From NCBI RefSeq assembly GCF_009914755.1, contig NC_060948.1: a stretch of 64,000 nt of DNA. One strand, given 5' to 3'. The DNA comes from the human T2T-CHM13v2.0 reference genome, Homo sapiens. Shown here piece by piece: positions 11,310-26,855 of the stretch; within the stretch, counting starts at the first letter, position 1; each line of letters opens with the position of its first letter. The position numbers were made by a program, and so were the translations under genes. The notes beneath the pieces were generated by a model. That model had not been told where the DNA came from, made no database searches, and saw only the letters and a program-made list of their open reading frames with translations.

Positions 11310-11605
11310 TTTTATTTTTTTATTTTGAGATGGAGTCTCACTATATCACCCAGGCCAGAGTACAGTGGTGTGATCTTGCCTCACTGGAACCTCTGCTGCC
11401 CAGGTTCAAGCAATTCTCCTGCCTCAGCCCCCTGAGTAGCTGGGATTACAGGCACCTGCCACTGCACCTGGCTAATTTTTGCAGTTTTAGTAGAGACAGG
11501 TTTCACCATGTTGGCCAGGCTGGTCTTGAATTCCTGACCTCGTGATCTGCCTGCATCGGCCTCCCAAAGTGCTGGGATTACAGGCATGAGCTACTGTGCC
11601 CGGCT
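11310..11605 (-). mobile_element. AluS
   Basis: Poly-T then GAGATGGAGTCTCA...GTGCCCGGC; paralog 53165-53459. Confidence 0.9.
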
Positions 11606-12950
11606 GAACTTTCCAGAAGTTTGTGTGTCAGTTTTCAAAAAATTATGATATCAAAAGATAGCTGTGCCCTACATTTGGAAAGATACAAAAACTGAACATA
11701 CTGGCAGGCAGTTTTGCTTGCTGGTGCTTGAGATAGAGGCACACATTGGTCTCAGTGGATTTATGGAGAAAAATAGATACAGAAAGTTATTTCTAAATAA
11801 GACCAAAAAATCCTTTTCTTAAGCAGTGACAGGTAAAGAGGTTGTCTTGGCTAACCTTGAATTGTGTTGCCCTTGATTGAGACAGTTTTATGGTGGGGAT
11901 GGTAGTGGTGATAAACTTGTTGGAAACTTGTCTGCTAATGGTAACCTTTGTGGTAGCGGTCACAGACAACTTCATCCTCACAGGCCTTGAAATTAGTATA
12001 AAACTAACAGAATGGAGGAGAAACAAAGGACCTGAATAATCAGATGCTTAGATAATTGTTCTGTGTTTTCATAACTGATGAAAAAGAACAGTGTTAGGAA
12101 CACTTAAACATTCCATGGAAGGAACACTGCCTGAATTTATATTGTGATTTTTGAGCATCATTCACTGTTTAAAAACAGGCATATTGTAGGTAATATTTTA
12201 AAGACAAATAGAAAAGTTATCTTTTCAAGATGGATCTAAAACTTAACCTTATCAAAATTACAAAATGTAAAGCATACAATTGAAAAATATTAATGCATAG
12301 GTTTAAATATTGGTCATCATTTTAGATGTCTTTCAAAATACATTGTCTCTTAAATATTAAACTGAAAACATTGAACATGTTGTAGAGTTTGTGCTCAAGG
12401 TTAAGTTTCCTGGGGTGATGGATATTTTATAATATGGATAACAAAAACTTCTTATTTTAAGAAATTTAGAAAATTTTTAGGCAAAACTAGAACATAATAC
12501 CAGTAATTCTACCACTCAGAATGTACCACTGTCAGAATTTTGTATCTTTCCCATCATCTGCTCATCTCTTTTCTCCTTTGCTTGTATGTGTTCCCTCTCC
12601 CTTAAAAAATCAGATTTTTTTTTGTAATCTGCTTTTTCACTCAACAATATTGTAGACCCATGTCATAAGTTACTCCTCTACAGTGCCTTCAGTTATTGTG
12701 TGCTTTGTGTTGGATGACTATACCATCTAGTCATTCGCGTTTTCTGATACTGAATACATAGGGGTGAGTGAGTGAGTGTTTATGTTTCTGTGTGTGTGTG
12801 TGTGTGTGCACGTGTGTTTTCTACCTTAACTAATGCTTTAGACATCAATAGCTAGAGCTAAATACTTGAAACCTTCCATGTGGTGGCTTTCAGTTCTCAT
12901 TGCTGAATTGGTTTCTAGAGATGGAACCAATTATATTGTATGGAAAAAAA

Positions 12951-13338
<388 letters not shown>

Positions 13339-14069
13339 TAATTATCTTTGACTTTCTAGAAAGCAGTCTGACATTCTAGAAACTTGCCTAACCTCTTCCC
13401 ATTTAGGCAAGATGAATTCTGACTATCCCTAGGTGGCCAATCTTGTCCCTGTGATTCCATATCTCCCAGAAAGAGAGGTCTAGTCTCAGGGAAAACCCAG
13501 ATTTTCTTGGCTTAGCCCACCTGAGAGCTAATCACTGGAAATGGGGTGGGCCGGTAGAGTCCTTTGGTCAGGTTTTGTGTCAAGAGCAGGATGTGGAAAG
13601 ATAGGAGAGAGGTAGCAAAATTGGCCTCAATGGAACTATGTAAGTTAACATAGAATGGCAAAGGAATGTTTCTTCCAAGGAAGAAATTCTAGGGAAGGAA
13701 GAAAGTGGAGGGTAAGGCAGCAGTTCTCAAAGTTTTGGGGTCAGGATTCCTTTACACTCTTAAAAGTATATTGAGGGCCCAAGGAGCTTTTCTGTATATA
13801 GGTTATATCTATTGGTATTTATCATTAGAAATTAAATCAGAAATATTTAGAATATTCTTTAAAAGCTCACCAAATTTTGTTATAAATGCTTTTATGAAAA
13901 GAAAATTTCTAAACCCAAAATAGTACAATGTTACACCTTTTGCAAATTTCGTTGATGTTTGATACGTCATTTGCATTTCCATTCAATTTATTGTGTGATA
14001 TTTGCTTGAAAAAATGTGAACAAAGGCCAATCTGATACAGACAGCCATTTTAGATCATTATGGATATTT

Positions 14070-14285
14070 CTTTTTTTTTTTTTTTGTGAGATTGGGTCTT
14101 TCTCTGTCTCCCAGGCTGGAATGCAGTAGTATGATCACGGCTCACTGGAGCCTCAGTGTCTGGGGATTCAGGTGATCCTTCCACCTCAGCCTCCAGAGTA
14201 GCTGGGACTACAGATGTATACTACCCCACCTAGCTAATTGTTTGTATTTTTTTGTAGAGACAGGGTTTTGCCATGTTGCCTTGGC
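14070..14285 (-). mobile_element. AluJ (partial)
   Basis: Poly-T, GATCACGGCTCACTG, TTTTTTGTAGAGACAGGG; paralog 55955-56155. Confidence 0.8.
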
Positions 14286-14857
14286 TTCCTTTTTGATACT
14301 CCATCAAAAATTGATTTTTCTTGAACTTTGGATCTTTTACCCTTGCATGGTATTATAACATCATGCATTGTTCCGTTCAAAAATAATGGTTTACTGAGAT
14401 CTTCTATATGTTGATACATTTGATTGTACAATATCAAAATACACTCATCAATATCACCATCAATCTCATCAGAATAGTTTTAGAAAGCGATGGTGGATAT
14501 AAGTTTTCTAAAATTCTAATTTTTTGTTCAAAAGCTTGAGTTTTAGTATTAGCAATTTTATTGTTGAAATTTATTATGGCCTGTCTGTTATTTTCCTTGA
14601 AATAACAGAATCTCCTTTTTTGAGAAAATGTCCCCCAAAACCCAAGCTGAAATAGCATTTTTTGTCAGCCATCTTTTGGAATAAAAATGATATTCCATTA
14701 AAGTGGTTAATTCACTTCATGACGTAGTCTCATGAGGGTTTTTTCTCTGACAGTCTGTAGGTATGCTCATGTATACTTCCCATTTCATCACTTGAAATAT
14801 TAAAAAGGTATATTCAAGGATTAAGATGTAAATTTTTCACTGCTTCATCATAGACAT

Positions 14858-15153
14858 TCTTTTTATTTTTGAGACAGGGCCTTGTTCTGTCACCCAGGCT
14901 GGAGTGCAGTAGCATGATCACAGCTCACTGTAGCCTCAACCTTCTGGGCTCAATCAATCCTCCTGCCTCAACCTGCCAAGAAGCTGGGACTGCAGTCATA
15001 CAACCACCATGTCCAGCTAATTTTTATATTTTTAGTAGAGATGGGCTTTCACCGTGTTGGCCAGGCTGCTCTCAAACTGTTGACCACAGGTGATCTGCCC
15101 GCCTTGGCCTACCAAAGTGTTGGGATTACAGGCATGAGACATTGTGCCTGGCC
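14858..15153 (-). mobile_element. Chimeric AluJ/AluS
   Basis: Right arm matches 56735-56915; left arm and flank match 57260-57400. Confidence 0.85.
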
Positions 15154-15710
15154 TGCCCTTCCTTTTTCAACCTTTAAACCTTTCCTGTGCATAGTAGTCA
15201 TACCATGACTACTAGTAGTTTGGTGTTACTGCCTTTATTTGTGCTAAAGTACCAGCATTTTTACCCACCATTGCATCTGCACCCTTACAGCAAATGTCAC
15301 CATGTTAGTATTCCTGTCAAAACAGTTTGGACCTGGGGGTCTGAGGGCTGCACTTTGGGAACCACTGAAATAGGTACTTAAACCTACTATATATCATATC
15401 TTTTCATCTACAAGATTTTTAAAAACTTGATTTCAGTTAATATTTTTGTAGTTTTTAAAATATGGTTTTGAGGGGTTTCAGTCCAGAGCAGCAACATGTA
15501 TTTTACTTTGCTTATGCTGAAGTTTACTAGACAAATACTAACCTAATAGAATGAGGTCCTAAATCTAGTTGCATTTTCTTTAGCCAAAAAAAAAAAAACC
15601 CAAACTAAAAATTTAAAAATGGTCCATATGGTGTATTCCCAATGTATGCTGAAGAATTTGAAGAAGAAAATGCAATAGGCAGTAAGTGGTATTCTTTAAG
15701 AATAGCATTG

Positions 15711-16019
<309 letters not shown>

Positions 16020-16161
16020 TCATTCTGAAGAGTTTCTTTTAGCCTGTAAAAAGATTTGGGACACTGTAAGAGAGGAATGAGAAGAATGAGAATAGTGAAA
16101 TAAATCATTATTGAAGAGATAGACTGTTAATGATGTCCTCCTTCAATATAACTTGTTTTTC

Positions 16162-16462
16162 TTTTCCTTTTTTTTTTTTTTTTTTTGAGATGGAGTCTTG
16201 CTCTGTCACCAGGCTGGAGTGCAGTGGTGCATCTCAGCTCACTGAAACCTCTGCCTCCTGGGTTCAAGCGATTCCCCTGCCTCAGCCTCTTGAGTGGCTG
16301 GGACTACAGGCATGAGCCACCATGCCCGGCTAGTTGTTTTTATTTTGGTAGAGACAGGGTTTCACCACATTAGCCAGGATGTCTCGATCTCCTGCCTCGT
16401 GATCCACCCACCTTAGTCTCCCAAAGTGCCCAGATTGCAGGCATGAGCCACCACACCTGGCC
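16162..16462 (-). mobile_element. AluSc-like
   Basis: Antisense Alu; paralog 58408-58714. Confidence 0.88.
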
Positions 16463-16769
16463 AACTTGTTTTTCTGGTTTTCCGTGGTTTTCATGGTTTT
16501 CTGGTTTTCTTGGTTTTCCTTGACTTGAACCTAGTTCTTCTGAAGCTAATATATAATAACGATTGCTTTTCACCAGTTTCTAATAGAAGACAGTACAATG
16601 CAACAGAGTAAATGTCTATTAGTGGGTGAAAGTGCATAATGCTTAGTTCATTAGCTTTTTAAAAAATCACATGTAATTATCTCCCAAAAATATATGTATA
16701 ATAATGGCATTTATTCATATTACTTGGTTTGTGTGATAGAATAAAATGTATGAATTTTATGGTGTTTGA

Positions 16770-17303
16770 ATTAGTTATCTATTGCTCTGTAACAAATTTA
16801 GTAGCTTAAAACAACAAACATTATCTCACAGTTTCTGTGGGTCAGGATTCTGTGCAGTTTACCTTGGGTTCACTGGCCTGGCCTCTCACCAGGCAGTGAA
16901 GGTGTTGATGGCAGCTGTGATCATCCCAAGTCAGGATAGGGAGAGAATCCATCTCCAAGCTCACACTGGCGGGATTCACCTCAGAGGCTGCTGGACTGGG
17001 CCTCCGTTTCTAGATGGCTATTGGTCAGAGACCTTTTACAATACCTTGTCATGTGGGCCTCTCCATAGGGCACCTCATCACATGGCAACTGGCTTCCAAC
17101 AGAGGGAGCAATGGAAAGAGCAGGAGAAGGGTGAACAAGGCATGCATCGTAGTCTCCTTGTAGCCTCATCTCAGAAGTGATGTTATTACTTTTGCTGTAT
17201 TCTCTTTGTTAGAAGTGAGTCACTAGGTCCAAGGGTGGAATTTTACAAGGGTGTGAATGGCAGGAGGTGAGGGTGATCAGGGCCATTTAGAGGCTGCCTA
17301 CCA
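16770..17303 (-). mobile_element. MLT1-family MaLR LTR
   Basis: TTAGTTATCTATTGCTCTGTAACAAA...AGCTTAAAACAACAAACA...GAGGCTGCCTACCA; paralog ~59088-59616. Confidence 0.75.
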
Positions 17304-18321
17304 TTCTTGAAGAAAATTGTTGACTTCTATGAGCTGTGGCAGCAGACAGTGCTATGCAAGGAGAATGGCTGTCTCAGAAGTCCAGCTCCTCACATGGGTT
17401 TTAATGTGTTGCCTTTTCCTCCGATACATTTTGTTTAAATCCGTGGTCATCTTGCCCTTTAGTGATGTGGTTTAATTGCATATTTGGGTTAGGCTGTGTG
17501 TAAACATTTAACATAGGTGTCTCTGGGTTAAACAGGAATCCTATTCATCTTCTTCACCAATATGGTTTGTAGACTCTGATGAGCTAAATCTGACATCAGT
17601 TTTGGAATGTCTGGAAGATGATAAGAACAACAATTTGGTGAGGAAAGAAGCCAAGCTCTTTTCTCTTTTCCTCATAAACATTGTATTTAGAAATTAAATG
17701 TTAAGAGATAATATAATAAAAAAACATGATTAATAACTATAAACTTAGAGGAATTAAAGTCTGGGTATTTTAAGTCCTCCAAATCTTATTTACTACCTGG
17801 TTTCTCTTTGTTATTTCCCACATGTATAACCTTAGTTTAGATTAGCAATTCGGGATCTCTTTTGCCCTGAATTCTAACAATTAAGCCAAGCAAGCATTTT
17901 GGGTGGAGACCACTAGCCAAGGTGGGAAGTAGAAAAAAGACCAAGGTGGAAGTGAAGGGAAAGATGGGGAGAATGACACCAAAACTAGTGGGAGGGGATT
18001 GCCTTTTCTTTCAAGGGTCTGTAAGTCTGCAGTAAAAGTCAAAGGTATTCAAATAGGAAGTTTTGTTTTTGTTTTTAGTTTATAAAGAAATATAACTTTC
18101 CATGTTGGAAAAATTTTAAAAACTTTTTTTATTATAAAACTCACAAGCAACCATTGTTGAGAAAATTAGTAAAGTACAGAAAAGCAAAAAGAAAAAAAAT
18201 TAGTCTCCCATAATTTCTCTACCTAATATAACCACTATTGACAGTTGACATGATGGCCATTTTCTACCAGTATATATTTTTTCTTTGCTAGTAAAATACA
18301 TAACCTTATACATATGTTTAA

Positions 18322-18668
<347 letters not shown>

Positions 18669-19096
18669 CTTTTATATTCTTTTAAAAAGTATCTACTGTA
18701 TTTTCCCATGGTGTCATAGTCTATATAGAAAAATAACAATCATTATTTTCAGTTTACATGATTGTTTACCTAAAAATATCCAAAGGAACCAACTGAAAAA
18801 AACAATTTTTAAGATTATGGGTTAAAAGCTCTTTTATATAAAAATCAATAGCCTTCCTAAATGTTATTTATAATCACATAGAAGACATAGTGATGAAGTA
18901 TTTTTTCAGGTATTTCAGCAAAAATTAAATACCTAGGAATAAACTTAGATGTGCAGGACTTTTATCAAGGACATGACAAAATTTTGCTGAGTGGAATGAA
19001 AGATTTGCATTCTATGTTCCTGGATGAGCAGATTTCATGTTATAAATATGTTAGTTATCACCATGTCTTCATATTAATTTGTAAATGTAATTTCTG

Positions 19097-19330
19097 CTGG
19101 GCACCGTGGCTCACACCTGTAGTCCCAAAAGTTTGGAAAGCTGAGGCAGGTAGATGACAATTAGCTGGGTGTCTGTGGCACACACTTGTAGTTCCAAATA
19201 CTTATGAGGCTGAGGTGGGAGGATCACTTGAGCCTGGGAGGCAGAGGTTGCAGTGAGCCAAGATCATGCCTCTGAACTCCAGCCTAGGTGACAGAGTGAG
19301 ACCCTGTCTCAAAAAAAAAAAAAAAAGCAG
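19097..19330 (+). mobile_element. Alu with internal deletion, followed by TA-rich tract to ~19490
   Basis: CTGGGCACCGTGGCTCACACC...GACCCTGTCTC(A)n. Confidence 0.8.
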
Positions 19331-19889
19331 AAAAAAATGTGTATGTGTGTATATAAGTGTGTATGTACATTTCATATTTTATATATATATTTATATATAC
19401 ATTGTATATATACATTTCATATTATATATACTTATATATAAATTGTATATATACATTTTACATTATATATAGTGTGTATATACATATACACAAATTTCAG
19501 TACAAATTCCAGCAGATTTATTTTTGACACTTGACAAAAACGACTCTAAAGTTAGTTTAGAAGAATAAATAATAAAAATTCATAAAGTATAGACTCTTTC
19601 AACCAGATATTAAATAAAATATTGTGGACTAGCCCTGGACCAGACAGATAAAGGCAATGGAAGTTTAGAGCCAGAGTCATGCAAATGAGAATTTAGTGTA
19701 AGGAAAAGGTGGCATTTTAACTTAATACTGAAAAGAGAGATTATTCTGTAAATGGTTTTAGGAGAACTATTTGAGGAAGTTTGAGTCTTAACTCCAATTT
19801 TTGTCAAAATAAGTTACAGTTTGTTTAAACACATCTATTCGTAAAAATTAGAACAAAAGGATATTGGTTTGAAGATATTTTAAGAGTTA

Positions 19890-20024
<135 letters not shown>

Positions 20025-21566
20025 TCAATATAGATATACATGTAAATATACATATACAAATAGAAAAAAAAGAGTTAAGTTTTATATGGAGAGCCATGAA
20101 GATAAGAGGTAAAAATTAAAGGCTTGATGGACACATGTTTACATCTCCAGCAAGGGGGTTGATGGAAAGAATGATAGACATAGCTCCATTACTGCTACCT
20201 CCTTTTAGGAAGTTGCATCTGAACATCTAAAGATATCAGTTTTATAATAGCAGAAATGAGTTATTTTTCAGTGTCTAAAACATCACATGACATACATACA
20301 TACATGCATATATACATAAGTATGTTCATAAAGTTAAATGAAGTAGGATATAAAATTGGGCCTAGTGTTTAAAAAAGTAAATATATTTACATGAAGGAGA
20401 AAACAACTCACCTCCCACTCTTACAGCCTCTGCCAGTTTATCATAGCCTAGTTTCTTGAGAGAATAAGCTGCATGTCTTCACCTTTTTTCACTGAGCTCA
20501 TTATAATCTGGATTCTGCCTTCATCGTCGCGCTAAAATTTATCTCCTAGTTGCCAAATCCAGTGACTCCCCTCTTAGTCCCCAAATGGACCCCTCTGCAG
20601 TATTTTGATACTGTTGATTGTTCCTTTGTTGAAACATTCCTCCATTCTTAATGTCCACTAATAAAGAGTTGGTTAAATAAAAATTGTAGTGTACAGTTTT
20701 ATAATAGAATATTCTGTTGTTCTGTTGTGGACCAAAAAATGCAGCCAGTCTTTCCATAAGAGCATGTGCAAACTTCTAAGGTATATTAGGTAAAAAAAGT
20801 AAGGCATAAAATATTGTGTATAATCTGACTCCTTTAGCATACAGTGTAAAAACATCTATGTCTGTACTTGTTTATACTTACTTTTTTCTCCCCTGGTGGA
20901 TACAGGAAACTGTGAATAGTACAACACAATTTAAAAAAGTAACTGTGTGTCTTCTGCACCAGGACCTATGATAATTGGGTGTAAAAGACAAAAAAGGCAT
21001 GTCCCTGTCCTCTGGGAAGGGACATGATAATCGAATGAGACTTCTATCGGATTCTCTTCTCCTGTTTTGATCTTATCACCCTGCCTTGGTCTCCTCCGAT
21101 CTCTTCTTCCTTGTCCTACTTCTTTCTTCTCTTCTCATTCTGTGCTTTCTCTGAGTAATCTTTGACTCCCATTACTTAAGTCATGACCTGTGTTGCAGGG
21201 ACTCCTAAATTTGTATTCATCTCCGGAGTTTCAAACCCATATATCTGTCTGTATATCATATATGTTAGGGAATCTCACCTGGAGTGACATGGGTGTTCAA
21301 AATGATGATATTTAAATTTTCATGTATCCACCTCCTAGCACTCTATCTAGTCACATATGCCTAAACCTGGGAACTGTCTTAGCGTTCTTTTATATACAAC
21401 TGTTCTCTGACACCCCCAAACTAGTAAATTTCTAAGACCTGCCCTTCTGAATGTCTCTTAATATTTTCCCTGTGATCTCAGTTTCTTCCTCCCATCCCTC
21501 AAATGCTTTGTGTCTGTGTGTGGTGGGGGAAGAGAGTAAAATTTGTGGAAAATGTACTACCTTGTC

Positions 21567-22414
<848 letters not shown>

Positions 22415-24639
22415 TCCCAGCCCTCCTGTAGCCCCTTCAGTGCCAGAGGTCAGAGTGTTCAGGTCCATGTCCAGATCACCCTGCCTCATCTCCATTATGT
22501 ACTTGGCACAAAACAGAACACACTGAGTGTGTAACAAATCCACACTGGGGCTTGGCTTCCTTTTAAGCATGAGGATTTTTGGTGGATCCTAATTTATGGT
22601 TCAACCTTCCTATTTCCACTTGCTTCATTGTTCACTTTGGAAAGGCTTATTCTTTGCTTCCTTAACCCATTCTATCCTTTGTCTTCTTTCTCTGTCCTTT
22701 GTAAGCCTGCTTCTTTCTCTTCATCTCTTTTCTTGGTCAGAGACACCCAGAAAATTGTTCCTGACCAAGTGAAGTGAGTTGCCTTATTAGATCCCATTTG
22801 AGTCACCTTATACATTGAAAAACATTTTAAACAATGAAAACCACACTTGTGCACATAGTTTACCTTGCTTACTTCCTTAAAGTAAATATGCTTACAACAC
22901 AATTTGGACTTAAACATGGAAATTTACAGTTATTATTTGCAGTTTCCTAGTGAATTATTATTTTTTTAGACAGACACTTAAGAGCCTACTAAATATTAAG
23001 TCTTTTACAGGTTTCATTTAATCTTTACTATTCTGGGAAAGTTTTCATTTCTTTGTTTTGCAGATGAGTAGACTCAAACTCAGGGAATTAGATATAATAT
23101 CCAAGGTCATCTAGATTTCCAGGCTCTGTCTGCTGGATCACATTTGCTTTTGTACTTTTAACTGACTATGACAGGAACATATAATTTTATAATCCATCTG
23201 TAAGAACAGTGCCTGTGCATGGTTTTCTTTTTCTTTTTTTTTTTTTTTTTTTTTGGTGGCCTCATTAATGTTCTATTGTTTGAAGTTTTAAGTTTCTAAG
23301 AAAACAAGATAGCAATGAGAAATTGGACAATGTCTGGAACTTCCTTCCTCTGCCTTTATTGTTGACATTCTGCTAGGTATCAGTTATGTGATTATACCCC
23401 AAGCCATAGTAACTTTCTTAAGCTAGAAGCTCCTGAAAATATTTAGTTTTTTTTTTTAATCTGTAAGCTGCACTTGAGCAGTGACAAAATTTTTATTTCC
23501 TACTGGATTGATTACAGCAGTCATAACATTATTGATGTCTTCTAAGGGCTCTTTAACATAATGCTTATTTACTGAAATGTGTTTTGTAGCTTCATCAGCA
23601 ATTGAAGTGGTTGATATGTGGACTCTGCAGATTATATAACCTTCCTAAGCACCTGGATGTTGCCATGCCAGATCAACCACTACCCATGGGTCAGGTAGAG
23701 TAAAAATTCTCTAGTGTTCAAGAGCTAAAATAAATAGTCTCAAACAAAAGTCAAACTAGGATGATTTTTTTAAATTATTCAATTTATTTAGAAGTTAGCT
23801 TTTCTGTTCCTATTGAATTGTTTTGTTTGTCCTGTTTTAGATACTAAAAATAACCTTTTCATTCTTTGGAGCTGCTGGTATTTAGTATGACAGGCAAACA
23901 ATTGCCCTTTTCCCTAACACCAGCTTTTTATTATGAATATTCCTGGTGTCCATAAATGTTCTTGCTTCTTTCATTGTTTGTCTTTGCTCATTGAATTACC
24001 TTCACCTAGAAATGTCATCTCCTTAAGTCTGTCTATGCTTCTTAAGGACTCACCCAAATGTTATCTCCTGCAATCAACAGAAATCTCCACTAGCTCACCA
24101 CTACCCCTAACTTCTTCCTGGATTTACCTATTTAGGCATCAGCTATTGACTTTTTAGTATAATACATGAGAATTTAGCTCTTATACTACCCACTTTGCCT
24201 TCCTCAGATATTATCTTTAGTGATATAAGTAATCACTAATTATCATTAGGACTTCATGAAGCCAAGTTTTCTAGAATATTTAGGATAGGATATTTCTTTC
24301 CTTGGTGCTACTTTTTGTTTTGCAGTGTCTTCCTCATAATAGTAATTTTTAATTAAAAAATTTCTGTTGTAGCCCTTTCTGTGAGATCTCCTTCTCTTCC
24401 AAAGCCTTTGGCTCCTCTGTGCCCATTTTGGCAGGTTGTTCTTCAGCTTGGCTGTGCATATGTCATCTTGAGGTTTTTCTCATCTGCTCGCCTAGAGTAC
24501 ATCCATTGTTTCTTGGATCCCATGTCATCTTTCTTGGTTTTTCTCTTTGTCATTTTACCTGACTGTGTCCTCAAGTAAAACCCTGAGAAAGCATAGAGTG
24601 GTATATTTTCTGATCTCTAGCTTCTGAGAAAATATAATC

Positions 24640-24860
24640 CAGTGTTTGGGTTTTGGAGCCAGTCTGAGATAGATTTGAATCTTAGTTCTACTACTTATTA
24701 GCTCTATGCCCTTGGGCTGATTCCATAATTGCTCTATGCATCAATTTTCCATTTGCAAAATGGGGGAACCGGTAATAGTATTAGTACCTATGTTTCTAAG
24801 GATCTGTGAGGATTAAATGAGTTGGTACATGTAAATCATTTAGAACAGTGCCTGGTGCTT
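24640..24860 (+). mobile_element. MIR
   Basis: Core GTGAGGATTAAATGAG...TAGAACAGTGCCTGG. Confidence 0.75.
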
Positions 24861-25409
24861 AGCCCATCCCCATCACTATTCACTTTTGTCATAGTCTACC
24901 CTCACACTTGATTGATAGTTTGGTTGATTATGTATTTCTAGGTTGAGGATAATTTTACCTTAGAATTTCAAAGTCTGTGCTGTTGTGTTCTAACCAGTCA
25001 TGGTGGTGAAGCCTCATGTCATCCTGAGTTTCACTCATTTATGCATGACTTTCTCTCTGGAAGCTTTTAGGAGTTTGTCTTTTCCTTGGTGGCTGAAATA
25101 GCACAACATTGTACTTAGTGTGTGTCTTTTTTCATTCACTGTGCTGGGTATACCGAATGGATAGGCCTATGGATCGGCTCTTTCAAAGTTGTAATCTTGA
25201 ATCTTGTCATATTTTTGTTAACTTTCTCTTTTCCACTTTATTTGTTCATTCTGAAGTGTCTGTTAATTGGATTTTAGTCCTCTTCTCTTGAGACTTGCAT
25301 CTCACATTATTTCTAATTTTTTAAAAAATGTTAAGTTCTGGAACATTTTCCTTATATTTTGACTTTTAGGAAATTTTATTTGGACAGTCAACGTTAAGTT
25401 TTGTTTTGG

Positions 25410-25900
25410 TTATTTATTGTTGCTTAACCAATTTTCCCAAAACTTAATGGAATAAAACTACACATTTGTCTACCTGTCACTACTGTATGGGTTAACTGAG
25501 GACAGCCAGACAGTTTTTCTGCTGGTCTCGTTTGGCATCTCTCACTGTGCGGTTAGATGGTGTCAGGGACTGGTCATCTGGATGCTCAGCTGCAGTGGAA
25601 TGTCTGAGATGGCTTCTTCACCCACAGGTCACCTGCTTTGGTGTTTCTTCATGTGGCCTTCCTCTCTGGCCTCATCATATGGCTTCTCTTTCCCCGAGAG
25701 TTAGTCAGTACTTATTTTGGCTACTAGAAGCACAGATGTGGAGCTGCCAGGTGTTCTTAAGGCTTAGACCTGGAACAGGTCCAGCATCATTTCTACCAAA
25801 TTCTGCAGGTTAAAGTGAATCTTGGGGCCAACCTAGATTCACTGTGGGATGGGACTGTCCAAGGACATGATGCCGGGAGGTGTGGCTCACTGGGGACCAA
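25410..25900 (-). mobile_element. Old MLT1-type LTR
   Basis: TTATTTATTGTTGCTTAACC...CCCAAAACTTAATGG start typical of antisense MLT1. Confidence 0.5.
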
Positions 25901-26149
25901 CTCCCAAGATGAACCCTGAGTTCTAAGAACTTTTTCTTCTCTGATTATTCCTTATTCATATCCTATTTTTGTTTTATTCATGTAATATATTCACAAGTGT
26001 CTTTATGAAGTGATTTGGGTACTCTTTTGTCTTCTCCCTAGCATCTCTTTGTTCTTTAATAAATTTTTTTCTTAGTTTATTTTGGTCTTATTTTTCTTTT
26101 TAAAACCTTTCCTTAAATATCTACTCTATGTTGCTTATCATTTGTAGTC

Positions 26150-26444
26150 TTTTTTTTTTTTTTTTTTTGAGACAGAGTTTTGCACTTGTTACCCAGGATG
26201 GAGTGCAATGGTGTGATCTCGGCTCACCACAACCTCTTGGGTTCAAGTGATCCTCCTCCCTCATTCTCCTGAGTAGCTGGGATTACAGGCCTGTGCCACC
26301 ATGCCCGGCTAATTTTTGTATTTTTAGTAGAGACAGGGTTTCTCCATGTTAGTCAGGCTGGTTTTGAATTCCTGACCTCAGGTGATCCACCCACCTTGGC
26401 TTCCTAAACTGCTGGGATTAAAGGCATGAGCAACCGTGCCCAGC
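26150..26444 (-). mobile_element. AluSp/Sq-like
   Basis: Poly-T; TTTCTCCATGTTAGTCAGG. Confidence 0.88.
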
Positions 26445-26510
26445 CTGTATGTTTTCTTTAATTCCCTTTTTTGTTCATTCATATTTGAGAGAGGTACTAA
26501 AAGACTGGGA

Positions 26511-26855
26511 GTCTGGACGTGGTGGCTCACACCTACAATCTCAGTGCTTTGGGAGACTGACGTGGGAGGATCACTTGAGCCCAGGAGCTTAAGACTAGTT
26601 TGGGCAACATAGTGAGATCCCACCTTCACAAAAAAATAAATTAAAAAAATAACCAGGTGTGGTGACACCAACCCATAGTCCCAGCTACTTGGGAGGCTGA
26701 GGTAAGAGGATCACTTGGGCCCAGGATGTTGAGGCTGAAGTGGGCTGTGATCATCCTGCTGCTTCCTGCATTCTAGCCTGGGTGAAAGAGCAAGACCCTG
26801 TCTCAAAAACATAAATAAATAAATATATAAAAAAATAAATAAAAATAAAAAATTG
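26511..26855 (+). mobile_element. AluJ
   Basis: GGATCACTTGAGCCCAGGAG, GGGCAACATAGTGAGA; head-to-head with the previous Alu. Confidence 0.85.

Larger units (their letters stand above)
13718..15367. mobile_element. hAT-Charlie DNA transposon (Charlie1a-like), interrupted by Alus
   Basis: Ends CAGCAGTTCTCAAAGT and ACTTTGGGAACCACTG; recalled CCTTTACACTCTTAAAA subterminal sequence; paralog ~55554-57589. Confidence 0.7.
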
